DNA of 14,340 nt from Bdellovibrionales bacterium. Its GTDB lineage: Bacteria; Bdellovibrionota; Bdellovibrionia; Bdellovibrionales; UBA840. Of the stretch, positions 1 through 8,966 are shown one piece after another (the stretch's first letter is position 1; the number at the start of each line of letters is the position of its first letter). Both the position numbers and the translations under genes were made by a program. The notes under the pieces were generated by a model. The model did no database searches and was not told the origin of the DNA. It was given only the letters and a program-made list of their open reading frames with translations. The stretch lies in contig JBBKWS010000186.1 in assembly GCA_037969075.1 (NCBI GenBank), positions 1-14,340 of the forward strand, written 5' to 3'.

Positions 1-828
1 GACGGCAAGTTAGACATAGCCTTTGTAGAAATGGTTGTGGCGGGCTGTACGGCGCGCGATGCAGAATGGAATTGTACTAGCTGGAATATTTCTGCCAATG
101 GAAATTCAGGAAGTCCAGTTACTTTGAAATTAATAGTTGTCGAAAATCAAGGAACTATATCAGCAAATTCTGACAGAGTGAGTTTTGATTTACCAAATAC
201 GTATCGATTCAATGGTGAGCCGAATTTAAATAATAAATCCTTACGATTCCAAAGAATCAAAGCAACCAGTGCCTCAAGCTCCAGCCGTACTGAGCTACTA
301 ATAATTAACGATAGATTTGAAAGCCATTATGTAGTTAATTTTTTAAATCAACAGCCTCAAGTGCAAATAGTCGAAAAGCCAGAAGATCAGTATATAGGAA
401 ATTACTGGACAGGTGTAGTGGGAGATATAGATAAAGATGGTCATGATGACTTTATCAATCTATGTAGCGCAGGACCTAACTCGACGATTTACTTTGGAAG
501 AAATGGCACTTCTTTTGACAGACAGGTATTAGACGATTCCTGTGGGCTATTTGGAGCAAATATTCAAGATATTAATATGGATGGTTACAATGATATTGTA
601 GGGGTGCAGTATACACACGCAGGATCTGTTTATAGCGTAGTTGTTTACTATGGTTTTCCAAATAGAAGCTTCTCGGGCAAGCAAGTTATAAGAGAAAGCA
701 TTGGTGGCACCTATGAGTTAGGTACCCCAATAGAGTTTATAAACTTAGATGGTAATATCTGGATGGACTTTGTCATAGGTACACGAAGTAAAGATCTAAT
801 GATGCTAACTAATAAAGTTACTAGATAA
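1..828 (+). CDS. FG-GAP/VCBS repeat protein (integrin-alpha-like Ca2+-binding repeats), 5'-truncated by the window edge
   Basis: Frame is open from base 1 (DGKLDIAFVE-MVV...), so the true start lies upstream. Repeats of the DxD/NxDGxxD type: DGKLD, GDIDKDGHDDF, QDINMDGYNDI, NLDGNIWMDF; two are followed by YFG/YYG. Stop TAA at 826-828. Confidence 0.8.
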   Translation, partial: DGKLDIAFVEMVVAGCTARDAEWNCTSWNISANGNSGSPVTLKLIVVENQGTISANSDRVSFDLPNTYRFNGEPNLNNKSLRFQRIKATSASSSSRTELLIINDRFESHYVVNFLNQQPQVQIVEKPEDQYIGNYWTGVVGDIDKDGHDDFINLCSAGPNSTIYFGRNGTSFDRQVLDDSCGLFGANIQDINMDGYNDIVGVQYTHAGSVYSVVVYYGFPNRSFSGKQVIRESIGGTYELGTPIEFINLDGNIWMDFVIGTRSKDLMMLTNKVTR

Positions 829-3800
829 TTACTGCATCCAAGGATGCAGCCATTCGCGTGATACAGAGGCCCGGGCCGCTTTACTACTAATAGCACTTAA
901 TTTTTTAGAGAACTTAAACTGTTTATAAAGAGCCGCTCGGCCTTTTAAAGCATACCCATCATTTGAGTTTTGTTTTAAGGCTTTATCAAATGCTGACTTT
1001 GCACTTTCAAAATCATTCATATAAAGATAATTAACGCCTTGTTGTGAAATAAGATTTGAATCTTTTGGATTGACCTCATACGCACGGGTTAAAATTAAAT
1101 TAGACATGGCATAATCACGATTTTTGGTATGCGCTAAGGCAAGGGACTGCATTAACTTAGAATTCCTAGAGTCATCATATAGCTTAGTTCGTATTTTTTC
1201 AGCAGCCACTGGGGAAGAGCTACTCGCCTTTGGAGGTCTGACAGAATCTTTTTCTTCATCAACTTCAGTTTCTCCTCCGCTAAGGCAGCCTTTTACAAAA
1301 ATAGTGAATACTTCAAATTTTTCTGCATTCTGCACACACTGTTTAAAGTAAGTATTAGCGGCTACATCATATTGCTTTGCCTGTGTAGATAGGGCGGACT
1401 TGTATTGTTGTACCTGCGCTCCGCTCAGTCCATTAGGGATAGGCGCATTTTTAATAAAACTAGAGAATTCTACGTTAGATTGTCCTAATGCATACAGGGA
1501 TGCAATCGTCCATTTTCCATTTCCAAACTTTATTACAGAGTTTAGTTGGTTAGATAAAGCAGCTAACTGTTGGTTTTTAATTTGTATAGATTGTGCTTCT
1601 TTGCCAGCTTGCATTTGGACACGTTTAAATGATCTAAGTGCATCAGCACTAAGAAGAAATAAGGAATGAGCTGCCATCTGCTGGTCGTCAAAAGAGCCAC
1701 CATTTTGTCTGCTAGCTTGTTGAAAAAATGGCTTTGCGCTTGCGAAATCACCTCGTCGGTACTTTGCAAGACCTGAGTAGTAATTGCCCGCAATACTGTT
1801 TCCAAGTGATGAGGCTGATTTTTCAAGGGCCGCCCAATTGGCTGCTAAGAAATCCATCTCAGCAATTTTTTGGCGATTTCCTAAGAAACCAAAATCTTTT
1901 TTTGCTTCATCGTAGTCGCCCATGTTTTCGCGCATACTCGCGGCTGATGCCATTAGATTTTTTGATTCATTATCTAGAGGATATTTTTGAGAGTAGGTTT
2001 CAAAGTAGCTGGCAGCTCTTCGGAAGTCAGCCGTCATTAAAGCCATTTTTCCCATCTCTGATACTACAGCTTTTGCATATTTTGAATCACCATGTTTTAA
2101 CAGTAATTGTTCGCCAGCATCATAAGCTCTAGGATCTTTTTTTGCTTTAAATGCAGTGAAGGCTTCAAACAAAGCCTGGTCACCCAGAGACGATCCTTTA
2201 TATTTTTCAGCGAATTTTAATAAGTTCTTCGCATATGCAGGGCTAGAGTAGTCGCCGGCTTCCGCTTGCAGCTTTTTATACTGTGCTTGTTTTACGATTT
2301 CAGCGATATCAGATCTAATTTTATTATCAAGGTTCGCATTATTAGCTAAAAGCGTACCCTCTCTAATTAAGCCTTCGTAATCTTCTCTTTGGTTGTATGC
2401 ATCTAATATTAAGTTCGCCGCAGTTTCTGCATCTCTATTCTTAGGATGCTTTGCTAAGAAGTCTTTAAAGCTAAGAACCGCATTATCAAAATCTCTTTCA
2501 TCATAGTAAGTTCTTGCGATGGCAAATCGTAGAGTAGGGCCGGCTTTATCATTTGGATAGTTTTGTAAATATTTGATTCCTACATCTCTTAAGCCATATC
2601 TAGATTGTACTAACTCAAGGCGAGAAAGTAGAGCTGGAGATTTTAAGGTGGTAATAAAAGCTTGCAAGCTTGAGTCCATAAATCGCTTAATGTTTTTTGC
2701 ATTGTTTAGATCAGCAACTAATCTTTCGTACTCTAGAGCTGCCTTTACTAAACTGTTGGTATTAAAATAAGATTCAGCAAGGTTGAGTCTTATGGTATTA
2801 GCATAGCGGCTATCAGAAAAATAAGAAAGGTAGGCTTCGTATGCAAGGATTGCTGCTGTATAGTCACTTTTACTATTTGTTTGTTTAGCTCGTTTTTGGG
2901 CGCGAGTCGCGGCATCTCTGGCAAAAATCTCAAAGTTTTTATTATACTTTGCCTTTTCTTTTGGATCTATTGCGATAGAGGATTCGAGTTGTTTTAAAGT
3001 TTTAATGATTTCTAAGGTGTAACCATGTACCGGCCAATCTTTTGCAGTGTTCTTCATGGCTTCGTATAGTTTTTCAATGGCCTCGAGGCGTTCTTCCATA
3101 TCAGTAGCTATTCGTAAGTATTCAAAGTAAATACGAGTAGCACCAATAAAGCGATTTTTAATAATCATACGTATAGCTAATCTATTTAAAACTTGTCTGT
3201 ATGAAGCGACATTGTTTGATAAACCATAAAAATACTGGATGGCATTTACTCTAAAAGCTCCAAATTTAGCCATTTCTTTTGGCTCTAGCTCACTATATGG
3301 ACGCACCATTGCCAAAAGAGCTTCACGCTTTACATCTGTTTTTTTATAAAACTCGGGTAGTTGTGACAAGTCTATTTTTGAGTCTACGCTTAAAACTTTT
3401 TCAAACGTAAGTAGCGCTTCTTTGAACTTTTCTAAGTTCACATAACACCAGCCTAATTTGTACCTGGCTAGAGGAGTGTAAGGACTGGCTGCTTTTGTCA
3501 GGATTTTATTATACATGGCCATAGCAAATTCAAAGTCTTTTTTATTTTCAAAAAAGTAATCTCCGACAACTAACATACTCTCGGCCCAATAGGGACTGTT
3601 CGGAAATTGAGAAGTAAGGGATTGGTAGGTTTTAACCATATCCTCTAACTGGCCAAGCTCTCTATATTCATGAGCGATAAAGAATAGAGCTCGATCACGC
3701 CCCTGTAAACTAGGAAATTTTTCAATAATAGTCTTATATATCTCGATAGCTTGAAACTTTGGTTTCTTTTCAGCTGTAAAGTCCAACTCATCAACAGGGA

Positions 3801-4050
3801 CATTTTTATTTTCAAGTTGCTTAATGACAAGCATATACCTTGCTTTATCAACATGAAGCTCTGCTAGCATAAAATACAAATCTGGCAGAAATCTAGCGTC
3901 TTTGATTTCATTCATCTTTTCTCTGGTGGCATCAATGGCTAACTCAATCTTATCTTGATCGCTCTTTAGCTCTTTCAACGTCTTTTGCTTGGTCACTTGT
4001 GCAACGGCTGTAGAGCAAAATAATAAAGTAATAAGGAGAGCTTTTTTCAT
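829..4050 (-). CDS. Large exported TPR protein, GltD/AgmU-like (Agl-Glt gliding-type envelope complex)
   Basis: 1073 aa with a signal peptide (MKKALLITLLFCSTAVA) and many TPRs (DRALFFIAHEY, ARYKLGWCYVN, LNLAESYF, FAIARTYY). The segment WTIASLYALGQ...NAPIPNGLS...YKSAL resembles the GltD/AgmU C-terminal region as I recall it. Lies downstream of GltC-like and beta-barrel genes; TAATG stop/start overlap at 4048-4052. Confidence 0.75.
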   Translation of the reverse strand: MKKALLITLLFCSTAVAQVTKQKTLKELKSDQDKIELAIDATREKMNEIKDARFLPDLYFMLAELHVDKARYMLVIKQLENKNVPVDELDFTAEKKPKFQAIEIYKTIIEKFPSLQGRDRALFFIAHEYRELGQLEDMVKTYQSLTSQFPNSPYWAESMLVVGDYFFENKKDFEFAMAMYNKILTKAASPYTPLARYKLGWCYVNLEKFKEALLTFEKVLSVDSKIDLSQLPEFYKKTDVKREALLAMVRPYSELEPKEMAKFGAFRVNAIQYFYGLSNNVASYRQVLNRLAIRMIIKNRFIGATRIYFEYLRIATDMEERLEAIEKLYEAMKNTAKDWPVHGYTLEIIKTLKQLESSIAIDPKEKAKYNKNFEIFARDAATRAQKRAKQTNSKSDYTAAILAYEAYLSYFSDSRYANTIRLNLAESYFNTNSLVKAALEYERLVADLNNAKNIKRFMDSSLQAFITTLKSPALLSRLELVQSRYGLRDVGIKYLQNYPNDKAGPTLRFAIARTYYDERDFDNAVLSFKDFLAKHPKNRDAETAANLILDAYNQREDYEGLIREGTLLANNANLDNKIRSDIAEIVKQAQYKKLQAEAGDYSSPAYAKNLLKFAEKYKGSSLGDQALFEAFTAFKAKKDPRAYDAGEQLLLKHGDSKYAKAVVSEMGKMALMTADFRRAASYFETYSQKYPLDNESKNLMASAASMRENMGDYDEAKKDFGFLGNRQKIAEMDFLAANWAALEKSASSLGNSIAGNYYSGLAKYRRGDFASAKPFFQQASRQNGGSFDDQQMAAHSLFLLSADALRSFKRVQMQAGKEAQSIQIKNQQLAALSNQLNSVIKFGNGKWTIASLYALGQSNVEFSSFIKNAPIPNGLSGAQVQQYKSALSTQAKQYDVAANTYFKQCVQNAEKFEVFTIFVKGCLSGGETEVDEEKDSVRPPKASSSSPVAAEKIRTKLYDDSRNSKLMQSLALAHTKNRDYAMSNLILTRAYEVNPKDSNLISQQGVNYLYMNDFESAKSAFDKALKQNSNDGYALKGRAALYKQFKFSKKLSAISSKAARASVSREWLHPWMQ

Positions 4051-5588
4051 TAAAAATCCCCTTCATCGCCAGAAGTATTGGTTTTTTCTGGAGCAGTATT
4101 GTAGTTACTGTTGTCGCATTGGCTAGTAATCAAGACTTTAAAGTCGGGTAGTTCGTCCAACCAGTATTCTCCGCCAAATAACCAGAACATAGTATCAAAC
4201 TTTAAATAGTTAATTTTTTCAGAGGTATAATTACGGTTTTCACCTTTTCTTACAATTCGAAGTGCATCTAATTTTGCTGAATAATCTAAGAAATCTACCT
4301 GTTCTTTTGCATCTAAAAGATCCTCAGCAATTCGAGGACTTTTTCGAATAACATCATCTTTTAATCTAATCTGCATCTCTTTGTCTTTGGAAACATATTT
4401 ACTTAACATGTCTTCAAAGAATGGAAACTGCTTCCAGTTATAAGCTTTTAAATCGTCATATTCTCGTCGTAATTGATCTACAAAATTTGCCTGATCCTGG
4501 ATGTCATATTCCATAAGAGCCATGCGAGCGATGGTTTCGTTACCCTCTAAAGGTCTTCTTTTTTGTATAGTATCAAATGCTGATTTAAAACGATTGTTAA
4601 AACGATCCACTGTTTCGATCACTGTTTCATAATGGCAAAGCTGTTTATAGATGACCATCTCTAGGATGTAACTTTCAGAGTTAATAGAAGCATCAAAATA
4701 TGGTGCTTCAAGAGCTCGGAGCATCCCAAGAGCTTGCGAATAGTCTTTTAAATAGTAAGTGGCCCATGCTCTTTCTAATAAGACGCGACCTTTTTCTCTG
4801 ATATCTAGAGCCAATTGGTTATAAAGCTCTAAGGATTGTTCAAACTGACCCTCTTCAAAGATTAAGCGAGCAATATTAATGTTCGCTTTATCTTTAATGG
4901 ATTGCGGGGCCATAGGATCATCTGCGATAGCTTTAAAAATTTGCAGAGCCGTTTCGGGTACATTTTTATTAATGTAGGCAAGAGCCGATAAGTACATCCA
5001 TTGAAAGTGCCAATATGAAAACTTATGAATTTTGCCGTATTCAGGCGTAGCCCACTTATCAAAACCGTAAGCGGAGTTATATACAGCTTGGTTATAAGAC
5101 ACAAAACTTTGTATCTTAGAGGGCAAATCACCAAACTCATAAGAGTTTAAAAAATCTTCGGTGAGTTCTTTAGGGTCGTAGTAATAAGTTTGAGTGATTT
5201 GATCTAACTGGTTAAGGGCCGAGTAGCCTAATTGTGTACCGATTCGGTCTTTAGCAATGTCCATAAAAAGTATAGTCGCGGCATAAGTAAATTTCATATT
5301 GTGTAAGGCGATTCCAATGGCAAGTTTGCCTTCGGCATATTCGGGAGTGGAAACATCGAAAACTTCCATATTCTCGGCACCAAGATAAACAATCTCGGGA
5401 TAATTTTTATCTAAAAGAAGCTCTTCTACCTTCGCCCAAAACACAAGATCCACCGGCTCATATTTAAAAGGGCGGAGCTCCTCTTTCTCAGGTAATTTAA
5501 GCCCACTGGTACTTTTGCCAGATTCGTTTGTTGCCGTCTGAGCTAAAAGAGTAAGTGGGAATAATAGTAGCCAAATTATGTTACGCAT
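4050..5588 (-). CDS. Exported TPR protein, GltC-like
   Basis: 512 aa with a signal peptide; TPR block ANINIARLIFE...LLERAWATYY...SESYILEMVIYKQLCHY; C-terminal FWLFGGEYWLDELPDFKVLITSQC resembles the WxFxGEYWxDELxxY...C tail of GltC-like proteins; sits between the beta-barrel and GltD-like genes. Confidence 0.75.
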   Translation of the reverse strand: MRNIIWLLLFPLTLLAQTATNESGKSTSGLKLPEKEELRPFKYEPVDLVFWAKVEELLLDKNYPEIVYLGAENMEVFDVSTPEYAEGKLAIGIALHNMKFTYAATILFMDIAKDRIGTQLGYSALNQLDQITQTYYYDPKELTEDFLNSYEFGDLPSKIQSFVSYNQAVYNSAYGFDKWATPEYGKIHKFSYWHFQWMYLSALAYINKNVPETALQIFKAIADDPMAPQSIKDKANINIARLIFEEGQFEQSLELYNQLALDIREKGRVLLERAWATYYLKDYSQALGMLRALEAPYFDASINSESYILEMVIYKQLCHYETVIETVDRFNNRFKSAFDTIQKRRPLEGNETIARMALMEYDIQDQANFVDQLRREYDDLKAYNWKQFPFFEDMLSKYVSKDKEMQIRLKDDVIRKSPRIAEDLLDAKEQVDFLDYSAKLDALRIVRKGENRNYTSEKINYLKFDTMFWLFGGEYWLDELPDFKVLITSQCDNSNYNTAPEKTNTSGDEGDF

Positions 5589-5591
5589 TTT

Positions 5592-6248
5592 TTATAAATC
5601 TGTCTTTGCTGGTTTGTACTCTTTAAACCCTTTAGGCGGAGCCCCAAGCTGAAAAGAGTAGCCGATAATTATGCTTAGGTTAACTCGGCCCTCTGAAAAA
5701 CCAAGGGGGATCAAAGTTCTAAAATCAAATTTTATGGATTGAGAAGGACTTGTAAAAAATCTGAATATCGCTCCTATTTGAACGACCCCTCCAGCGCCTT
5801 GAAAGTCGTAGTTCATTAGTCCGCCACCGAAGACAAAGCTAATGTCAGAGAAAACTAATTTTTTATTAAAAAGTAAGCTCTTGTTGTATAGAGGAGTATA
5901 GATCAAGCTAGTTGTTAGATAATACGTGGGGTAATCTAAGATATTTCCAGTATCGGCATTGAACTCATTTCTTAATTGATCTTTCAAGCCGGTATCTTGA
6001 TTGATAGCATAATTGGCGTTGACGACTTCCCATGCTAAAAAATCTGATAAATAATACGTGTACGATCCGCCGAGTACTACACTTTTGTTGAAAGAGTCCA
6101 TAGGCAGATAGCCAGCTTGAAATGTCAGGTCATGATTTACATAGTACTGTCTACTTTGCACAGCGACCAATTTGGGAAGAGTGTATACATCTTCGTTGTT
6201 GTCTTGTGCAAACAGAGTTCCTAAGATAAGTGTGATTAATAAGCTCAA
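5592..6248 (-). CDS. Outer-membrane beta-barrel protein, GltA/GltB/GltH-like (myxobacterial/Bdellovibrio OMP family)
   Basis: 218 aa, TTG start with AGGAG RBS (6256-6260, minus strand), signal peptide, VAVQSR motif, DSF, YTPLYNK motif, amphipathic beta strands and a terminal GYSF strand. Confidence 0.75.
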   Translation of the reverse strand: MSLLITLILGTLFAQDNNEDVYTLPKLVAVQSRQYYVNHDLTFQAGYLPMDSFNKSVVLGGSYTYYLSDFLAWEVVNANYAINQDTGLKDQLRNEFNADTGNILDYPTYYLTTSLIYTPLYNKSLLFNKKLVFSDISFVFGGGLMNYDFQGAGGVVQIGAIFRFFTSPSQSIKFDFRTLIPLGFSEGRVNLSIIIGYSFQLGAPPKGFKEYKPAKTDL

Positions 6249-6320
6249 AAGAAAACTCCTTTTTCCTCTATTAAAATTAAATCATAATATAATACTAGAT
6301 GTGAACCTTTATCTTCTTAT

Positions 6321-6860
6321 TTATAGTATTAATTTACGTAATTCTTGTTGAGAGTAAACATAGTCAGCATAAATCATGGTGTTAGTAATGTTCCTATGCC
6401 CCAACGCAAATTGCACTAGACGTATGTCTTTTGTTTTTTTGTAGAGCTCGATGGCAAAAGTATGTCTCAGGCTGTGTAGCTTTTTATGGGTGGGCCTGTA
6501 CATCTCCCAAATCTGTCGATAGCGATTATAGCTGATATTGAAAACTTTTTGTGTAGGGGCAGTAATTTCGTTAAAGTTCAAGTATCGCATGAAGAGTTCG
6601 AATAAATCTGCAGATAGAGGCAATTCTCTGTCATTACTGCCTTTTATGCCACGAATATAAAGGCTTTTATCAAAAGTATTGATATCCGATCGCTCTACAT
6701 TAAGTAACTCTTGTGCCCGAGCTCCTGTTTTTAAAGCGAGCTGTAGAAGTAAACAGTCTCGTAAGTTTTTTTTACTAAATTGAGAAAGTATTTGCTCTAA
6801 CCTTTCTTTTTCTGGGCTAAGTAAATATTTATTTTTATTTAAACTGTAGCGACTGGCCAT
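6321..6860 (-). CDS. Small tyrosine recombinase (catalytic domain only; FimB/FimE-like size)
   Basis: 179 aa with a full catalytic set: TGAR (R), IKG (K), HSLRH (HxxR), LGH (H) and TMIY (Y). Only about 30 residues precede RDCLLL, so there is no N-terminal core-binding (SAM-like) domain. Confidence 0.92.
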   Translation of the reverse strand: MASRYSLNKNKYLLSPEKERLEQILSQFSKKNLRDCLLLQLALKTGARAQELLNVERSDINTFDKSLYIRGIKGSNDRELPLSADLFELFMRYLNFNEITAPTQKVFNISYNRYRQIWEMYRPTHKKLHSLRHTFAIELYKKTKDIRLVQFALGHRNITNTMIYADYVYSQQELRKLIL

Positions 6861-6866
6861 ACCTAA

Positions 6867-6894
6867 AGCTTACGGGCCTGCCGGCTAGTGTCAA
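6867..6894 (-). promoter_or_regulatory. Putative sigma70 promoter of the recombinase (probably leaderless)
   Basis: Minus strand TTGACA (6894-6889), 16 bp, TAAGCT (6872-6867), 6 nt, ATG (6860). No properly spaced Shine-Dalgarno. Confidence 0.6.
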
Positions 6895-6897
6895 GAT

Positions 6898-8811
6898 TTA
6901 CTTGCAGGTACCTAATATGCGAATGTACTTGGTATCAATCCACATACCAGGCAATTTTTTATTGGCAGCGATTCTTTGCGGCCAATAACCTCCAACAAAG
7001 CCGATAATGTTATAATCAGTGACAAGTACTCTGTCTAATTCATGAATCCCATTTTTTGTAACTATACCTTTAGTCACTCGCCCGAAGACGTTGAATTTTT
7101 GTTGGACATTCATTTTAGGGAATGGCTGGACAGAGTCATATTCAGGGTAAAATAAAAACTTAAATTTTTGCTCTTCTGCAAGTTCAGCTGTGTAACAAAT
7201 GTTTCTAGCTAAAGCACTCATGCTAGTAGGTAAAGAGCTATGTTCTGAGTAAGCAAATTTTTTAGCCGCAGGCTCGTAACTTAACACGCGCCACTGATTT
7301 TTAATTTGCATAACACTTAGTGGTTGCACTTCATTTTTGTCTAAATCTACTTTAGGTATAATATCATCCCACTTAGGTTCAAGCTTTACCTTGGCATACG
7401 TAGTATAAGAGGGCGTCACAGAGACCTTTACAGATTGCTTTTTAAACCAGGGTAAGTTTATAGCGATAGTAATTTCTTCGTCGGCTGTTTCTGCGATCTT
7501 AAATGAGCGATCTATAACGTAACTAAATTCTTTTAAGAATATGCCGGTCGTAAAGTATGTAACATAAGAGTTATTTACATATTGATCCGTATTAAAGGCT
7601 AAGTAAGAATTCATTAAATCATTTTTTCTGTGAAGTTTATAGAGTTTTGTTGTCATTTGATTTGAAACACTCACCTCAATATCCTCAGTGTCAAAAGTCA
7701 GGATTTTAGGCATATCTTTTGGTATTTCTAATTGTACCTCAAGTATAAAGGACTCTACGTTGGGCGGGAAAATGGAGGCGTCCTTAAAAATCTCGGAGGC
7801 TTTAGGATCTTCTTTTAACCCAAGTTGAGGAGCTAAATGCTTACGAATGATTGGAAACATAGGGGTTTGCAGATAATTATCCCAACTGACACAGGCTAAG
7901 CCTTTATCTGATAGAGGTACATTAATATGATTACCATTTAGAGAATAAAAATAGTCCGCATAATCTGTTTTTCCAATTCGAGGAGTATCACCCGAATAAT
8001 CATAATAGATGAAATCCATTCTTGCCGATGGCATTGGAACAACAAAATCAGATTCTAAAGTTTTATTTTGCGGCAAATCGCTAATCATTGATATTAACGA
8101 ACCTAACCATGTCTGTGAGGCGTTAGCAGCTATATTTATGATTTCTGGTCTTTTCAGCACATCGTAGTTATTTTCATGACTCTCCATCAAAAGATCACGA
8201 TTGTAAGTCACAATGTCACTGCCAATGGATAGATTTCGAAGCTGCTCATCAGGAAAGAACATTCTATAAAACGAACTGTCCTTTAGATAGGATGCAGTTG
8301 TTGAACCCCAAAATGGAGTCATTATTGAAAAGAAATGAGTTAAATTTTGTGGAAGAGAGTTAAAGAGAGCTTTTTTTCTAATATTTCTAGTGCAATATTC
8401 TACACCTTTTTGTTGGCAATCTAAAAGAAGGCGAGTGGCTACGAGTCCCCCCTGCGAATGTGTAATAATGGCATAAGGAGTATCAGCTGGGAATGCATTT
8501 TCTGAATAATAATCGGCAATGTCTTCAAATACTTTTCGTGTAAAATTCAATACATTTATATTGTCTCTATGGTCAGAGCTATCTCTGTCTACTGAGTTAA
8601 GCCCTTTGGTTGGATACGTTAGATATTTCACCTCTACATTCTCTCCAAGCTGTCCCTTAAGTACGCTAGACATATCACAAAAAGTTCCAGGCCCACCTAA
8701 AAAGCCATGAATGATAAATATCACTAACTTCGGTCTATATGCAGTCATTATAGGCTCTGCTGATGCCATCAAAGGTATAAAAATCAGTAAGCTAAGTAGA
8801 AGTCTTCTCAT
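6898..8811 (-). CDS. Secreted alpha/beta-hydrolase (lipase/esterase, PGAP1/DUF676-like) with a long C-terminal extension
   Basis: ATG at 8811 preferred over TTG at 8826 (G-rich RBS GGGGGA just upstream; signal peptide MRRLLLSLLIFIPLMASA). IHGFLG oxyanion loop, THSQG nucleophile elbow, TPFWGS, ESDFVVP (Asp) and NGNH (His). Confidence 0.8.
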   Translation of the reverse strand: MRRLLLSLLIFIPLMASAEPIMTAYRPKLVIFIIHGFLGGPGTFCDMSSVLKGQLGENVEVKYLTYPTKGLNSVDRDSSDHRDNINVLNFTRKVFEDIADYYSENAFPADTPYAIITHSQGGLVATRLLLDCQQKGVEYCTRNIRKKALFNSLPQNLTHFFSIMTPFWGSTTASYLKDSSFYRMFFPDEQLRNLSIGSDIVTYNRDLLMESHENNYDVLKRPEIINIAANASQTWLGSLISMISDLPQNKTLESDFVVPMPSARMDFIYYDYSGDTPRIGKTDYADYFYSLNGNHINVPLSDKGLACVSWDNYLQTPMFPIIRKHLAPQLGLKEDPKASEIFKDASIFPPNVESFILEVQLEIPKDMPKILTFDTEDIEVSVSNQMTTKLYKLHRKNDLMNSYLAFNTDQYVNNSYVTYFTTGIFLKEFSYVIDRSFKIAETADEEITIAINLPWFKKQSVKVSVTPSYTTYAKVKLEPKWDDIIPKVDLDKNEVQPLSVMQIKNQWRVLSYEPAAKKFAYSEHSSLPTSMSALARNICYTAELAEEQKFKFLFYPEYDSVQPFPKMNVQQKFNVFGRVTKGIVTKNGIHELDRVLVTDYNIIGFVGGYWPQRIAANKKLPGMWIDTKYIRILGTCK

Positions 8812-8939
8812 AAATCCCCCCGGCAAGAAAACTGTAATAAGACTAAGGAATCAGGGCGTATAATGTAAAGGTAAATAGATTTTACACGCGAATTGAAAAA
8901 AATATAAACTATTCGTTTGTCTGGTTTTTCAAGAAAAAA

Positions 8940-8966
8940 TTAATGAAATTCCATGGTTACCGATAT
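8940..8966 (+). promoter_or_regulatory. Possible sigma28 (FliA)-type promoter for the SelO-like/pepE operon
   Basis: TTAA (8940-8943), 15 bp, ACCGATAT (8959-8966), versus consensus TAAA-N15-GCCGATAA. Would imply the start codon is ATG 8980. Confidence 0.35.

Noticed and set aside
711..5140. Short alternative-frame ORFs (711-896, 1124-1351, 1400-1669, 1563-1826, 1728-2132, 2573-2770, 3645-3854, 4862-5140)
   Set aside because: All overlap long, well-supported CDSs and have no recognisable motifs; treated as shadow ORFs.
6277..6307. dif-like look on the minus strand (GGTTCACATCT...TTATGATTTAA) downstream of the recombinase
   Set aside because: The arms are separated by 9 bp rather than 6 and both match only partly.
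8853..8880. AGGGCGTATAA-TGTAAA resembling the XerC arm and centre of E. coli dif
   Set aside because: The normally best-conserved XerD arm matches only 4/11; more simply a TATAAT -10-like element.
8893..8932. TTGAAAAA...TTTTTCAA inverted repeat in the divergent promoter region
   Set aside because: Low-complexity A/T arms; not distinguishable from chance.
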